Of a DNA stretch of 64,000 nucleotides, positions 1 through 9,633 are shown one piece after another. Source of the DNA: a bacterium (GTDB taxonomy: Bacteria; Zhuqueibacterota; Zhuqueibacteria; Oceanimicrobiales; Oceanimicrobiaceae). The stretch covers positions 96,001-160,000 of the forward strand of contig JBBIIG010000002.1 in the NCBI GenBank assembly GCA_037446635.1. Direction: 5' to 3'. Under the pieces are notes generated by a model that was given only the letters and a program-made list of their open reading frames with translations, did not search any database and was not told the DNA's origin. Positions within the stretch are counted from its first letter, which is position 1. Each line of letters opens with the position of its first letter. Made by a program: the position numbers and the translations under genes.

Positions 1-588
1 GCCAAAGCTGCTGACGCCCAAACCGCCGGCCAACACGCCATTTTTGAAAATGGGCACGCCGCCCGGCACGCCGGTCAAACCCTGTTGGCCGTTGCCGGTT
101 TGTCCCGGCGGCGCGCTGTTATTGGGTTGTATGTCTCCGCCGCCGAGATTTGAAAACGGCACGCCGTAGAGCGGCCCACCGGGGGTGTTAGCAATGCCCG
201 GCGGAAAATGTGAGCGCGTGATGAAGCAGGCGGTGAGCGTGGTGAACCCGTGTTGGTTGCTGCTGAGGTAGGCGGCGGTGCGCGCTTTGGGCACTGCACC
301 CACATTCACATCCCAAACTGAGCCCTGGGTGCCGTTCATGCTGTACACGGCTAAAATGTTGCCAGCGCGATCGGTGATCGCCACCACCACTTGCTGGTTG
401 AGCCGCACCGCCTGCTCGACGGCTTGCGTCAAAAGTTTCTGCACATCATCCGTCGTGAGATCAACCGTCGGCTGCGGATTCGGTGACGTTGGCGAGTTGC
501 TGCTCGAACAACTCGAGTAGGCCAAATAAAAGCCGAGCATCACGGCGATGTATAAAAACATGATTCGGATTCTTTTTAAAACTCGCAT
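1..588 (-). CDS. GlcG/HbpS-type heme-binding protein, probable lipoprotein; runs off the window edge
   Basis: Not in the ORF track. Translated by hand from ATG at 588 (AGAGAGG upstream): MRVLKRIRIMFLYIAVMLGFYLAYSSC...VVVAITDRAGNILA...PKARTAAY...PGGVPIFKNGVLAGGLGVS. These are GlcG/DUF336 motifs. Confidence 0.8.
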   Translation of the reverse strand, partial: MRVLKRIRIMFLYIAVMLGFYLAYSSCSSSNSPTSPNPQPTVDLTTDDVQKLLTQAVEQAVRLNQQVVVAITDRAGNILAVYSMNGTQGSVWDVNVGAVPKARTAAYLSSNQHGFTTLTACFITRSHFPPGIANTPGGPLYGVPFSNLGGGDIQPNNSAPPGQTGNGQQGLTGVPGGVPIFKNGVLAGGLGVSSFG

Positions 589-611
589 GGCAACCTCTCT
601 GTTGACAACAA

Positions 612-832
612 GGATTAATGGCGTAATGAATTATTGGAACAATGAGTAGCAAGCAAGTCTCTGCTATTCCCTCTTGTTTTTGGCGGGAATCTTCTCCCGA
701 CGCCTGGAGGCTGGATGCCCAACAAAAGCATTCGGGCATGACAGTCAAGCTGGTTTTTTGGGACAACTCGACATTGATCCACTAATCCACTAATCCAACA
801 ATCCATTAATCCACTTTGATTTTAAACATTCA
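612..832. repeat. Composite intergenic repeat: inverted octamer tracts (GGATTAAT-like / TAATCCAC) enclosing a REP-like doublet
   Basis: ATCCACTAATCCACTAATCCAACAATCCATTAATCCA at 777-813; hairpins ATTCCC..GGGAAT and ATGCCC..GGGCAT at about 666-739. Confidence 0.7.
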
Positions 833-846
833 CAAACCAAATGGCC

Positions 847-1290
847 CTAGTTGTTCTGCGCGCCCGCGGCAATCCAATCGCTGATTTGCTGAACCTGCGC
901 TTGGCTGAGCAGATTGTTTCCGCCGGGCGGCATCACCGCGCCGTTCACGCCGTTGCCCTGAATGATATCCAAAATATAGCTGTTGTTGGTGTTGTTGGGA
1001 GCCACGCGCTGTTTGTTGGGATTATGCAGAGACTGCACGCCAACCAGACTTGCAAAAGACGCGGCCTGGTTATCCAACCGAAACGGCGCGAGTCCACCGG
1101 CCACGTGGCATGGCGCGATCCCACAGCGCGGGCTGAAGGTGTTGGCCTGGATGCTGCTGAGCGTTGGTTGATTGCCGGGGTTCGGATTGGGGTTGGGATT
1201 GAGAATGCCGGTATCCTGCACCCGCCCGCAACCTAAGATCGCTAGATAAGACCAAACGATCACGCAAAGCAGTTTGCTTGAATGTTTCAT
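847..1290 (-). CDS. Lipoprotein with a cytochrome c-like domain (CX4CH motif, distal Met)
   Basis: ILGC lipobox, NP linker, CGIAPCH, and MPP...I..WI..GA ending typical of small planctomycete-type cytochromes c; GGAGTAGGA RBS before ATG 1290. Confidence 0.7.
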   Translation of the reverse strand: MKHSSKLLCVIVWSYLAILGCGRVQDTGILNPNPNPNPGNQPTLSSIQANTFSPRCGIAPCHVAGGLAPFRLDNQAASFASLVGVQSLHNPNKQRVAPNNTNNSYILDIIQGNGVNGAVMPPGGNNLLSQAQVQQISDWIAAGAQNN

Positions 1291-1338
1291 GTTCCTACTC
1301 CATTTTTTCAGAAAGTGAATGAATTTCATTTTGTTTTT

Positions 1339-1355
1339 CGCAAGCCGTATGCCAT
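1339..1355 (-). promoter_or_regulatory. Sigma-54 (-24/-12) promoter
   Basis: Minus strand TGGCATACGGCTTGCG = GG-N10-GC upstream of the cytochrome lipoprotein. Confidence 0.65.
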
Positions 1356-1568
1356 CGCAGCGGGAAGCGCGCGAAGCCTAATTTTTGTAGCGTCTTAACT
1401 TACACCAGTGAAAGCAGTTTTATAAATCTAATCCCCGTTTTGCTTCGATATTGTAAGACAAATTTGTAAAATGGCTAAAGTTTTTGGATGGAGTGTTTTT
1501 GATCTGGGCCGCTTGTTTCACTTAATTTAAGCTTTGGTATATTCCGACAGCTCCAGCAAACGGCGTTT

Positions 1569-1584
1569 TGGTATCAAACTTGCG
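1569..1584 (+). promoter_or_regulatory. Sigma-54 (-24/-12) promoter
   Basis: TGGTATCAAACTTGCG = GG-N10-GC, about 45 bp before the FHA gene. Confidence 0.55.
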
Positions 1585-1628
1585 TGAGGTAAATTCAAAA
1601 CAAGGATGTTCATTTTTGGAGAAAGTTT

Positions 1629-2501
1629 ATGAAAGCAAAATTAATTAGCCGATCTGCCATTGGGGGCGCGCATGAATTGCCAATCGTCAGGGAAGCCACT
1701 ATCGGACAAGACGCCGCCAATTCCATCGTGCTTTCAGAAAAGAATATTTCCAGAAGACATGCGCGGATTTTTTTCGACGCCGCCGAAAATTGCTATGTGC
1801 TCGAAGACCTCAACAGCCGCAACGGCACGAAACTCGACGGTGAACGGGTGTTCGGGAAAGAGCGGCTCGACGATATTCATGTCATAACTTTTGGCAACCG
1901 GCTTGATTTCTTTTTTCAGCTTGTGAAAGATGAAGGCGAGACCGTTGACTCCGAGATAATTGAAACGAGCCCGGTGGCAAAAAATAATGACACGGTGATC
2001 GAGCAGGATTTCGAGGTCGTGCAAAATTCTCAAACTGTGTTTGACGATACATTTGTAGAAACGCCAGAATTTCTTGCCAGCCGCAGCCAAAACGCAGTGA
2101 TCATCCCCCATCCCAAGAAGAATACGGCCCACTCATTTTTGAGCGAGGTGGAAAAAACGCTTGCGAGTCAGAAGGCCAGGATGAATTTTGAAGAAGCGGC
2201 TGACCTTCCTTCGGCGTTTACACTGCGAATAGAAGGGTTGAACCAGAAATATCGACTCAAGCAGGGCAAAAATATCGTTGGCCGCTCATCGCGCTGCGAT
2301 GTTGCCATCAAACACGAGACCGTCTCGCGGCGGCATGCCTGCATTTCGGTTCATAATGATATCGTGCGGATTTATGATCTCAACAGCAAGAATCAGACAT
2401 TTGTGGGCCGGCGCCAGTTGTTGCAACCAGCCGAAATCCCCCCACGTACCCTGCTGCGTTTTGGCGAAGTTGCGGCTGTTCTCGAATTCGCCCCCATCTA
2501 A
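1629..2501 (+). CDS. Tandem FHA-domain protein
   Basis: Two FHA motif sets (IGQ..ISRRHA..DLNSRNGT; VGR..VSRRHA..DLNSKNQT) separated by an acidic linker. Confidence 0.85.
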   Translation: MKAKLISRSAIGGAHELPIVREATIGQDAANSIVLSEKNISRRHARIFFDAAENCYVLEDLNSRNGTKLDGERVFGKERLDDIHVITFGNRLDFFFQLVKDEGETVDSEIIETSPVAKNNDTVIEQDFEVVQNSQTVFDDTFVETPEFLASRSQNAVIIPHPKKNTAHSFLSEVEKTLASQKARMNFEEAADLPSAFTLRIEGLNQKYRLKQGKNIVGRSSRCDVAIKHETVSRRHACISVHNDIVRIYDLNSKNQTFVGRRQLLQPAEIPPRTLLRFGEVAAVLEFAPI

Positions 2502-2530
2502 AGGACCGGGAATTTATAACGATTCCTTCC

Positions 2531-2558
2531 AAGCCCCAAATGTTTTTGGGGCTTTTTG
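2531..2558 (+). terminator. Intrinsic terminator
   Basis: AAGCCCCAAA-TGTT-TTTGGGGCTT followed by a T run. Confidence 0.6.
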
Positions 2559-2632
2559 TTTTACTCACTTCAAGAGTCTTGTATATATTTATTTTTCAGC
2601 TTATTTTAATCACAACTGCTAACCAAAACACC

Positions 2633-4465
2633 ATGCCAAATTCAACCTATATTTTGGGTATCTCGGCGTTTTATCACGACAGCGCCGCCTGCCTGGTTCG
2701 CGACGGCGAAATTTTGTACGCGGCGCAGGAAGAGCGCTTCACCCGCAAAAAACACGATTTCAATTTCCCCAAACACGCCATCGATTTTTGCCTTAAGGAA
2801 GCTGGTTTGCAGCCGGCGGATTTGTCCTACGTTGCGTTTTATGACAAACCATTTTTGAAATTCGAGCGGCTGCTGGAGACCTACCTCGCCTACGCGCCGC
2901 GCGGCGTCGCTTCGTTCATCAAAGCCATGCCGCTCTGGTTGAAGCAAAAGCTTTGGATGAAAGATCTGATCCACAAAGAGCTGCAATACGATGGCGAGAT
3001 TCTTTTTCCCGAACACCATCACTCCCACGCCGCCTCGGCGTTTTTCCCATCGCCATTTCAAGCGGCGGCGATTCTCACCATGGACGGCGTGGGCGAGTGG
3101 GCCACTGCCAGTTACGGCGTCGGCCGCGGCAATCAAATCGAGCTGTGGGCGGAGTTGAAATTTCCGCACTCGCTGGGCCTGCTCTACTCCGCATTTACTT
3201 ATTACACGGGTTTCAAAGTCAATTCTGGCGAATACAAATTGATGGGGCTGGCGCCCTACGGCGAGCCGAAATTCGCGGAAGTGATTCTCGAAAAGTTGAT
3301 TGATCTTAAAGAAGACGGCTCGTTCAAAATGAATATGAAATACTTCAACTATTGCGCCGGACTCACCATGACTAACGAGCGTTTCCATAAGCTGTTCGGG
3401 CTGCCGCCGCGCGCTCCGGAAGGAAAGCTGAATCAAACTTACATGGACGTCGCCGCCTCGATTCAAGCGGTGACCGACGAGATCATGATTCGTATGGCGC
3501 GCCACGTTAAAAAAGAAACTGGGATGAAGTACCTGTGTCTCGCCGGCGGCGTGGCCCTCAACTGCGTCGGCAACGGGCGCATTTTGCGCGCCGGCATTTT
3601 CGACGACTTGTGGATTCAGCCCGCGGCCGGCGACGCCGGCGGCGCGTTGGGCGCGGCGCTGGCGGTGTGGCATCAATTTCTCGACCAGCCACGAAAAGTA
3701 CAGGGCGGCAAAGACGGACAGAAAGCTTCCTATCTCGGCCCAGATTTTAAGAATGAAACTATTGAAGGTTTTTTGAACTCTCAGGAAATTGCTTACAAAA
3801 AATTATCAAACTCTGAATTGATTCGCACGGTCGTCGAGCTGCTTGAAAACGAATCCGTCGTGGGTTGGTTTCAGGGGCGGATGGAATTTGGCCCGCGTGC
3901 GTTAGGCAATCGCAGCATTTTAGGCGATCCCCGCTCGGCGAAAATGCAGTCGATCATGAATTTGAAAATCAAGTTCCGTGAAAGTTTCCGGCCGTTTGCG
4001 CCCTCGGTTTTGAAGGAACACGTGAGCGAGGCGTTCGAGCTGGATCGCGAAAGCCCGTACATGCTGCTAGTGGCCCCGGTGCAAACGTCGCTGCGCATTT
4101 TCAATCCGGAGGATCAGGATCACCAGCTTTTCGGAATCGACAAATTAAAAGTTGTGCGCTCGAAAATTCCGGCGGTGACCCACGTCGATTTTTCAGCGCG
4201 CATTCAAACCGTGGCCAAAGAGGATAATCCCCTGTACTACGATCTCATCAAAGCATTTTATGATCGCACCGGCTGCCCGCTGCTCATCAACACCTCGTTC
4301 AACGTGCGCGGCGAGCCGATTGTCTGTACGCCGCAGGAGGCGTACCGCTGCTTCATGCGCACCAACATGGACTACCTGGTGCTGGGGAATTTCTTATTGG
4401 AAAAAACCGCGCAGAAACCGCTGGTGGAAGAAAAAGCCTGGCAGGAAGAATTTGAATTAGATTAA
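2633..4465 (+). CDS. O-carbamoyltransferase, NodU/CmcH/SxtI family
   Basis: GISAFYHDSAA, EERFTRKKH, HHHSHA, GGVALN, EFGPRALGNRS, KFRESFRPFAP, NTSFN; start set at MPNSTYILG. Confidence 0.92.
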   Translation: MPNSTYILGISAFYHDSAACLVRDGEILYAAQEERFTRKKHDFNFPKHAIDFCLKEAGLQPADLSYVAFYDKPFLKFERLLETYLAYAPRGVASFIKAMPLWLKQKLWMKDLIHKELQYDGEILFPEHHHSHAASAFFPSPFQAAAILTMDGVGEWATASYGVGRGNQIELWAELKFPHSLGLLYSAFTYYTGFKVNSGEYKLMGLAPYGEPKFAEVILEKLIDLKEDGSFKMNMKYFNYCAGLTMTNERFHKLFGLPPRAPEGKLNQTYMDVAASIQAVTDEIMIRMARHVKKETGMKYLCLAGGVALNCVGNGRILRAGIFDDLWIQPAAGDAGGALGAALAVWHQFLDQPRKVQGGKDGQKASYLGPDFKNETIEGFLNSQEIAYKKLSNSELIRTVVELLENESVVGWFQGRMEFGPRALGNRSILGDPRSAKMQSIMNLKIKFRESFRPFAPSVLKEHVSEAFELDRESPYMLLVAPVQTSLRIFNPEDQDHQLFGIDKLKVVRSKIPAVTHVDFSARIQTVAKEDNPLYYDLIKAFYDRTGCPLLINTSFNVRGEPIVCTPQEAYRCFMRTNMDYLVLGNFLLEKTAQKPLVEEKAWQEEFELD

Positions 4466-4481
4466 ACGAAAAGGTTCCGAG

Positions 4482-4898
4482 ATGCTGCTTCAAGAAATCA
4501 AAAACATCTGTTCCGATAAAGCGACGTTACGAAAATTTGGCCTCGGTCTGTTTGTGATCTTAACTGCGTTTTCCGCGCTCTCCTATTGGAAAGGCGGCGC
4601 GGTTTACAATTATCTTTTTCCGGCCGCCGTAGCTTCCCTGGTTGCGGCGCTGATTTTCCCAGTTGCCCTCAAATACATTTTCCTCCCGTGGATGGCGCTC
4701 GCCACCGTGATCGGCTGGGTGATGACGCGCGTCATTCTCATCACATTATTCTACTTGATCCTCACACCAATTTCCCTTATTATGAAACTCGCCGGCAAAG
4801 ATTTGCTGGATGAAAAAATCGAGCCGCAACGTCAAAGCTACTGGGTTGCGCGCGACAAAAAAACGATCAGCAAAGAGGAATTGCAACGGCAATTCTAA
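4482..4898 (+). CDS. SxtJ-like membrane protein
   Basis: LRKFG, WM...IGW, FYLILTPI, SYW, C-terminal RQF; directly after the carbamoyltransferase. Confidence 0.8.
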   Translation: MLLQEIKNICSDKATLRKFGLGLFVILTAFSALSYWKGGAVYNYLFPAAVASLVAALIFPVALKYIFLPWMALATVIGWVMTRVILITLFYLILTPISLIMKLAGKDLLDEKIEPQRQSYWVARDKKTISKEELQRQF

Positions 4899-4962
4899 CT
4901 GTCAGCCATTTCGCTTACTGCAAGATCTTGAAGACGTTTTCAATTTTCTGCTTTTTGAGCAA

Positions 4963-5016
4963 ATGGATTATTGGATTGATGGATCAATGCGTGTTGCGTT
5001 TTCATTAATCCATTAA
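4963..5016. repeat. Second copy of the GGATTANT/TAATCC octamer repeat family
   Basis: ATGGATTATTGGATTGATGGATCAATG...TTAATCCATTAA. Confidence 0.5.
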
Positions 5017-5106
5017 ACCCTGTCGTAAAAAGCAAGCAGTTTATTGAATTCTGAAGCTTTGTTTGTCATTCATCTTTGCTTTGCAAAAAACGAAAGGGAG
5101 GGAAAT

Positions 5107-6684
5107 CTGAGCCAGCACACCGACTCGGAAGTTTCGCATTCCACTGTAAAAACTTACCTCTATCCGACTCTCGCCGGTGCCTGCATTTTTTTAGGTTTTG
5201 AGCCGCTGCAGTGGTTTCCGCTGTTGCTGCTGTGGCCGTTTTTTCTGCGCGGTATGCGCGCGCTTCCATTAAAGCAAAAACTTCTGGCCTATTGGATAAT
5301 GGCCATTTCCGCCAACTTAGGCGGCTACTATTGGATTGTGATCGTGGCGCAGGATCACGGCGGCTTGCCGTGGTACGGCGGCGTGGGCGTGCTGCTTTTG
5401 TACAGCATGTACAACAATTTGAATTTCGTTTTGTGGGCGTATCTCGAGCGCTTTTTTGGCGAGAAGTCCAGTCCATTTGTGACCGCGGCACTATTCACGG
5501 CGGCCGAGCAAATTAATCCGCAAGTGTTTCCGTGGTACTTCGGCGCTGGCCTCGACGCGGCTTTGGTGCTCTATCAAACCGCCGATCTTTGGGGCGTGAT
5601 GGGATTGAGTTTTGTGGCCGTCGTCATTTTGCATATCCCGTATTGGATTTGGGATCATCGCCGCGCCATTTTCACCACGCACAAGTTAGCGTTCGCCGCG
5701 CAACTGGCGTTTGTGCTGTTCATCGTTTTGTATGGAATTGGCGCGCTCAATCGTTACAACAACGAACCCGCGCCCGATAAAAAATCGGTAGCCCTTTCGC
5801 TGGTGCAGTCCAACACCACATTGGAAAAATATTATGGCGCCACCCTGAGCACCCAGGAAAGGTTGACGGAATTTTTGATGATCGTCGGCCTCTCCAAACA
5901 GGCGATGGCGGAGCAACCCGAAAAAACCGATTTGCTGATCTGGCCGGAGGGCTCCGTGCACTTTCCGATTTTGAATTACGAGGTGGTGTTCAACACGGTC
6001 TCGGATTTGGCAAAACGTTACGACGTTTTTGTCACCGCCGGCTCTGCGGAAGTGGAAATCACCAAACGCGGCGAGAAACCCAAATATTTCAACACCCAGT
6101 TTGTGCTCGATCGCGAGGGCAAAGTGGTTGGCAAATATCGCAAGATTGTTTTGCTGGCGTTCGGCGAGTACATTCCGTTTGTGGAAACCTTTCCGGTTTT
6201 GGAGAAGTGGCTGCCGTCCACCATCTCCCAATTTACGCGCGGAAGCGAGAAACCGGTTTTCACGCTCGATGACAGCACGCGCTGGCTGCCGCTGATTTGT
6301 TACGAGGACATCATTTCCGGATTCATCGCCGGCTTCAATCACCGCCGCGCCGATTTTATGGTGAATATCACCAACGACGGCTGGTTCGGAAAATCGTCGG
6401 CGTCGCATTTACACAAGCAAATGGCGCGGCCGCGGGCGGTGGAGTTTCGTAAGCCTCTGGCGCGCTGTCTCAACACCGGCAGCTCGCAGGTGATCGATGC
6501 CGCCGGACGCACCATTTCCCGCGAGACCGCTTTGTACACCCGCGAGTTCATCAACGTGACACTGAACCTGCCGTCAACTCCGCCGGTGACCGTTTATGCG
6601 ATTGTGGGAAATTGGCCAGTGTATTTTTTGATCGTAGTTATCGCAGTTTTGTGGGTGAGAAAGAAGTTCTTCGGCCCAAAATAA
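5107..6684 (+). CDS. lnt: Apolipoprotein N-acyltransferase (start uncertain, 5044-5107)
   Basis: Multi-TM N-terminus; nitrilase triad motifs WPEG, YRK..LLAFGEY, ICYED; TNDGWFG. Confidence 0.92.
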   Translation: MSQHTDSEVSHSTVKTYLYPTLAGACIFLGFEPLQWFPLLLLWPFFLRGMRALPLKQKLLAYWIMAISANLGGYYWIVIVAQDHGGLPWYGGVGVLLLYSMYNNLNFVLWAYLERFFGEKSSPFVTAALFTAAEQINPQVFPWYFGAGLDAALVLYQTADLWGVMGLSFVAVVILHIPYWIWDHRRAIFTTHKLAFAAQLAFVLFIVLYGIGALNRYNNEPAPDKKSVALSLVQSNTTLEKYYGATLSTQERLTEFLMIVGLSKQAMAEQPEKTDLLIWPEGSVHFPILNYEVVFNTVSDLAKRYDVFVTAGSAEVEITKRGEKPKYFNTQFVLDREGKVVGKYRKIVLLAFGEYIPFVETFPVLEKWLPSTISQFTRGSEKPVFTLDDSTRWLPLICYEDIISGFIAGFNHRRADFMVNITNDGWFGKSSASHLHKQMARPRAVEFRKPLARCLNTGSSQVIDAAGRTISRETALYTREFINVTLNLPSTPPVTVYAIVGNWPVYFLIVVIAVLWVRKKFFGPK

Positions 6685-6772
6685 TTCAACAAAGGCACGA
6701 AGTACAAAGCCCCGTCTTTGTGTTCAATTCAAAATACTCTTCATTGGTAAAACTAATTCTGGCATGCGAAAT

Positions 6773-6801
6773 GTAGGGAACGCATCATATGCGTTCCCTA
6801 C
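6773..6801. repeat. GTAG-type REP palindrome
   Basis: GTAGGGAACGCAT-CAT-ATGCGTTCCCTAC, perfect 13-bp stem. Confidence 0.7.
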
Positions 6802-6839
6802 GGGTTGCGATTTTATACAATACTTCAGTTAAAAAAGAG

Positions 6840-7670
6840 ATGCCCGAGCTTCCCGAAGTTGAAACCATCCGCCGCGCCTTGAACCAGCACTTGCCTGGCC
6901 TCCGAATCGAAAAAGTGCGGGTGCGGGATGCGCGCTTGCGGTCGCCAGTTGACGAACGAAAGTTGAAGCGATTAATAGTTGGGCAGGCGATCCGAGAGAT
7001 AAATCGCCGCGCTAAATATCTGCTCATTCACTTCGCCAACGATGCTGACTTGATCCTCCACCTCGGCATGAGCGGCCGGCTTCTGCTGCTGCGCGAAGCT
7101 CTGCCGTTTGAGAAGCACGATCACGTCATTTTTTATTTTGAAAATCAAACCGAGCTGCGTTTTCGCGATCCCCGCCGCTTCGGGCTGGTGGACGCGATCC
7201 AATCAGCCGAATTAGAAAACGATCCGCGTTTCGCTAATCTCGGCCCTGAGCCGCTCGATCCCCAAACCCGCGCCCGCGTTCTATTTGAGCGCGCCAATCA
7301 TCTCAAAAAGCCCATCAAAAATTTGTTGATGGATGCCCGCTTCGTGGTGGGCGTCGGAAACATTTACGCCAACGAAGCTTTGTTTCACGCCGGCATTCAC
7401 CCGTTCACGCCGGCCCATTCGCTCTCGCCGGCAGACTGGCAGCGGCTGCTGAGCGCCATTAAAAAAATTTTGCGGAACGCCATTCAAAAAGGCGGCACCA
7501 CCCTCAACGATTTCGTGAACAGCGACGGCGAGATGGGGTATTTTCAATTGTCGCTGGCGGTTTACGACAAAGAAGGGCAACGGTGTCCAATCTGTCAAAC
7601 GAAAATTGCGCGGGAGGTGCAGGTAGGGCGCAGCACCTATTTTTGTCCGCGCTGCCAGAAGCTGCGGTGA
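6840..7670 (+). CDS. mutM: Formamidopyrimidine-DNA glycosylase
   Basis: MPELPEVE, HLGMSG, DPRRFG, GVGNIYANE, C-terminal CPIC/CPRCQ zinc finger. Confidence 0.97.
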   Translation: MPELPEVETIRRALNQHLPGLRIEKVRVRDARLRSPVDERKLKRLIVGQAIREINRRAKYLLIHFANDADLILHLGMSGRLLLLREALPFEKHDHVIFYFENQTELRFRDPRRFGLVDAIQSAELENDPRFANLGPEPLDPQTRARVLFERANHLKKPIKNLLMDARFVVGVGNIYANEALFHAGIHPFTPAHSLSPADWQRLLSAIKKILRNAIQKGGTTLNDFVNSDGEMGYFQLSLAVYDKEGQRCPICQTKIAREVQVGRSTYFCPRCQKLR

Positions 7671-8315
7671 TGGAGACTCATCTTTCAAGGTGATTCATAA
7701 CTATTCTATTCTTCACTGGATTAGCCGCTTCAGTCGAGTTGGCTTCAGAAGCGCCCAATTTTCCCAGCTACCGCTCCTCGGGGCAAGTTGTTTTTTTTCC
7801 GTTATCGGGCCGACGGCGCGGCGGCTGGCACGGCAGTCGCCGCTGGCCAACGGGCGCGGATTTCTCCGCAGGGATATTTTTACGCCGGTCCGCTGAGCGT
7901 GATGGCCGAGTACGCCATTTCATCTCAGGAAATGCGGCGCGACGCCGCCGCGGCCAAAATTTCTCACCACGCCTGGCAAGTCAGCGCGGCGGTTTTTTTG
8001 ACCGGCGGCAAAAATTCGTTCCGCGGCGCGTCGCCAAAAACGTCCTTCGATCCCGCCAACCGAAAGTGGGGCGCCGTTGAGCTGGCGGCGCGGCTGCACG
8101 CCCTCGACTTCGATGAGGAGGCGTTTCCGGTTTTTGCCAATCCGGTTTCCTCCACCCGCAAAGCGCTGGCCTGGGCGGTGGGCGTCAACTGGTATTTGAA
8201 TCAACACGCAAAGTTCGCCATCAATTTTGAGCAAACGTCGTTCGACGGCGGCGCTCTAAATTCCGATCGCGCGGCTGAAAAGATTTTTCTCAGCCGCTTT
8301 CAAATTGCTTATTGA
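7670..8315 (+). pseudogene. Degraded OprO/OprP-family anion-selective porin
   Basis: ATG 7670, in-frame TGA at 7691, signal-like FITILFFTGLAA, extra T in the T8 run at 7791-7798, then the porin C-terminus (SPQGYFY, WGAVELAAR, GVNWYLN, RFQIAY). Confidence 0.75.
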
Positions 8316-8326
8316 GTTATTACTGG

Positions 8327-8512
8327 ACTATTGTAAAAACCCTTAGAGGAGATGGCTTCTATCAATGAAAGCAGATCGCTTGGAAATGAATTTCCAAGCT
8401 AATAGCTTAAGCCTAATAAATTTAGCTGTTGCTGTCTTAGTCGATTTCAATCGACTTCAGCAAATTAGCCTGATGATTCATCAATCAGGCGATCTGAGAT
8501 TTTTACAATAGT
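8327..8512. mobile_element. MITE/REPIN-like non-autonomous element
   Basis: 13-bp perfect terminal inverted repeats ACTATTGTAAAAA / TTTTTACAATAGT enclosing several nested hairpins. Confidence 0.65.
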
Positions 8513-8550
8513 TTAGTTATTATAAACCATCCGAGTTCAGGAGATCTGAG

Positions 8551-9582
8551 ATGTGTAAAAAAATTATCGCCTTAAGTTTTATCTTCGCAACGATTTTTTC
8601 CCTTGGTTGCGGCGAAGATACAACTTCAAAAAAGCCGGAGGTGACGCTGTTAAACGTTTCGTATGATCCGACCCGAGAATTTTATCAGGACTTCAACGTT
8701 GAATTCATTGCGCACTGGCGGGAAAAGACCGGCCAGACGGTCGCCATTAATCAATCGCACGGCGGCTCCGGCAAGCAGGCGCGCGCGATCATCGACGGCC
8801 TCGAAGCGGACGTGGCGACGCTGGCGCTGGCGTACGATATCGACGCCATTCACGAGCGCGCGGGTTTGATTCCGAAAGATTGGCAAACGCGCCTGCCCCA
8901 CAACAGCGCGCCCTATTTTTCCACTATCGTTTTTTTGGTGCGCAAAGGCAATCCTAAAAACATCAGAGATTGGAATGATTTGATTCGGCCGGACGTGGCC
9001 GTCATCACCCCGAATCCCAAAACCTCCGGCGGCGCGCGCTGGAATTATCTCGCCGCCTGGGGCTACGTTCTCAAAAACGGCGGCGACGAAAATTCCGCCC
9101 GCGAATTTGTGAGCAAGCTTTTTAAAAATGTGCCGGTGCTGGACTCCGGCGCGCGCGGCGCCACCACTACGTTTGTAGAACGCGGCCTCGGCGACGTCTT
9201 TATTTCCTGGGAAAACGAAGCGTTTTTGGCGGTAAAGAAATTGGGAGCGGAAAAATTTGAAATTATTACGCCGTCGGTAAGCATTCTCGCCGAGCCGCCG
9301 GTTACGATCATCGATAAAGTGGCCGATAAACATAATACGCGGGAAATCGCCACCGCTTATCTGCAATATCTTTACACGGAGGTCGGCCAAACGCTGGCGG
9401 CGAAGCATTTTTATCGTCCGCGCACGCAACCCGCGCCGGACTCGCCGGCGGCAAAATATGCGGAGCTATTTCCGCAAGTGAACATGTTCACCATCGATGA
9501 AATGTTTGGCGGCTGGCAGGCCGCGCAAAAAACTCATTTCGATGACGGCGGAATTTTCGATCAGATTTATTTGAGCCAATAA
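8551..9582 (+). CDS. sbp: Sulfate ABC transporter substrate-binding lipoprotein
   Basis: [45 protein letters not shown] lipobox. Confidence 0.95.
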   Translation: MCKKIIALSFIFATIFSLGCGEDTTSKKPEVTLLNVSYDPTREFYQDFNVEFIAHWREKTGQTVAINQSHGGSGKQARAIIDGLEADVATLALAYDIDAIHERAGLIPKDWQTRLPHNSAPYFSTIVFLVRKGNPKNIRDWNDLIRPDVAVITPNPKTSGGARWNYLAAWGYVLKNGGDENSAREFVSKLFKNVPVLDSGARGATTTFVERGLGDVFISWENEAFLAVKKLGAEKFEIITPSVSILAEPPVTIIDKVADKHNTREIATAYLQYLYTEVGQTLAAKHFYRPRTQPAPDSPAAKYAELFPQVNMFTIDEMFGGWQAAQKTHFDDGGIFDQIYLSQ

Positions 9583-9633
9583 TTAACCTTGCGAAGCTTT
9601 TAAACCCTTCGCAATAGTTAGACAAAACCACCT

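Noticed and set aside
777..813. CRISPR array in the short tandem tracts (also 50455-50533 and 59876-59942)
   Set aside because: Units are 7-9 bp with no unique spacers, and no cas genes are present.
1174..1206. NPNPNPNP coding repeat
   Set aside because: Ordinary low-complexity lipoprotein tether.
2633..4898. Saxitoxin biosynthesis cluster
   Set aside because: Only sxtI/sxtJ-like genes, which are widespread; no sxtA, sxtG or other core genes.
6760..6775. Sigma-54 motif before mutM (TGGCATGCGAAATGTA)
   Set aside because: The -12 GC is absent and the site overlaps a REP.
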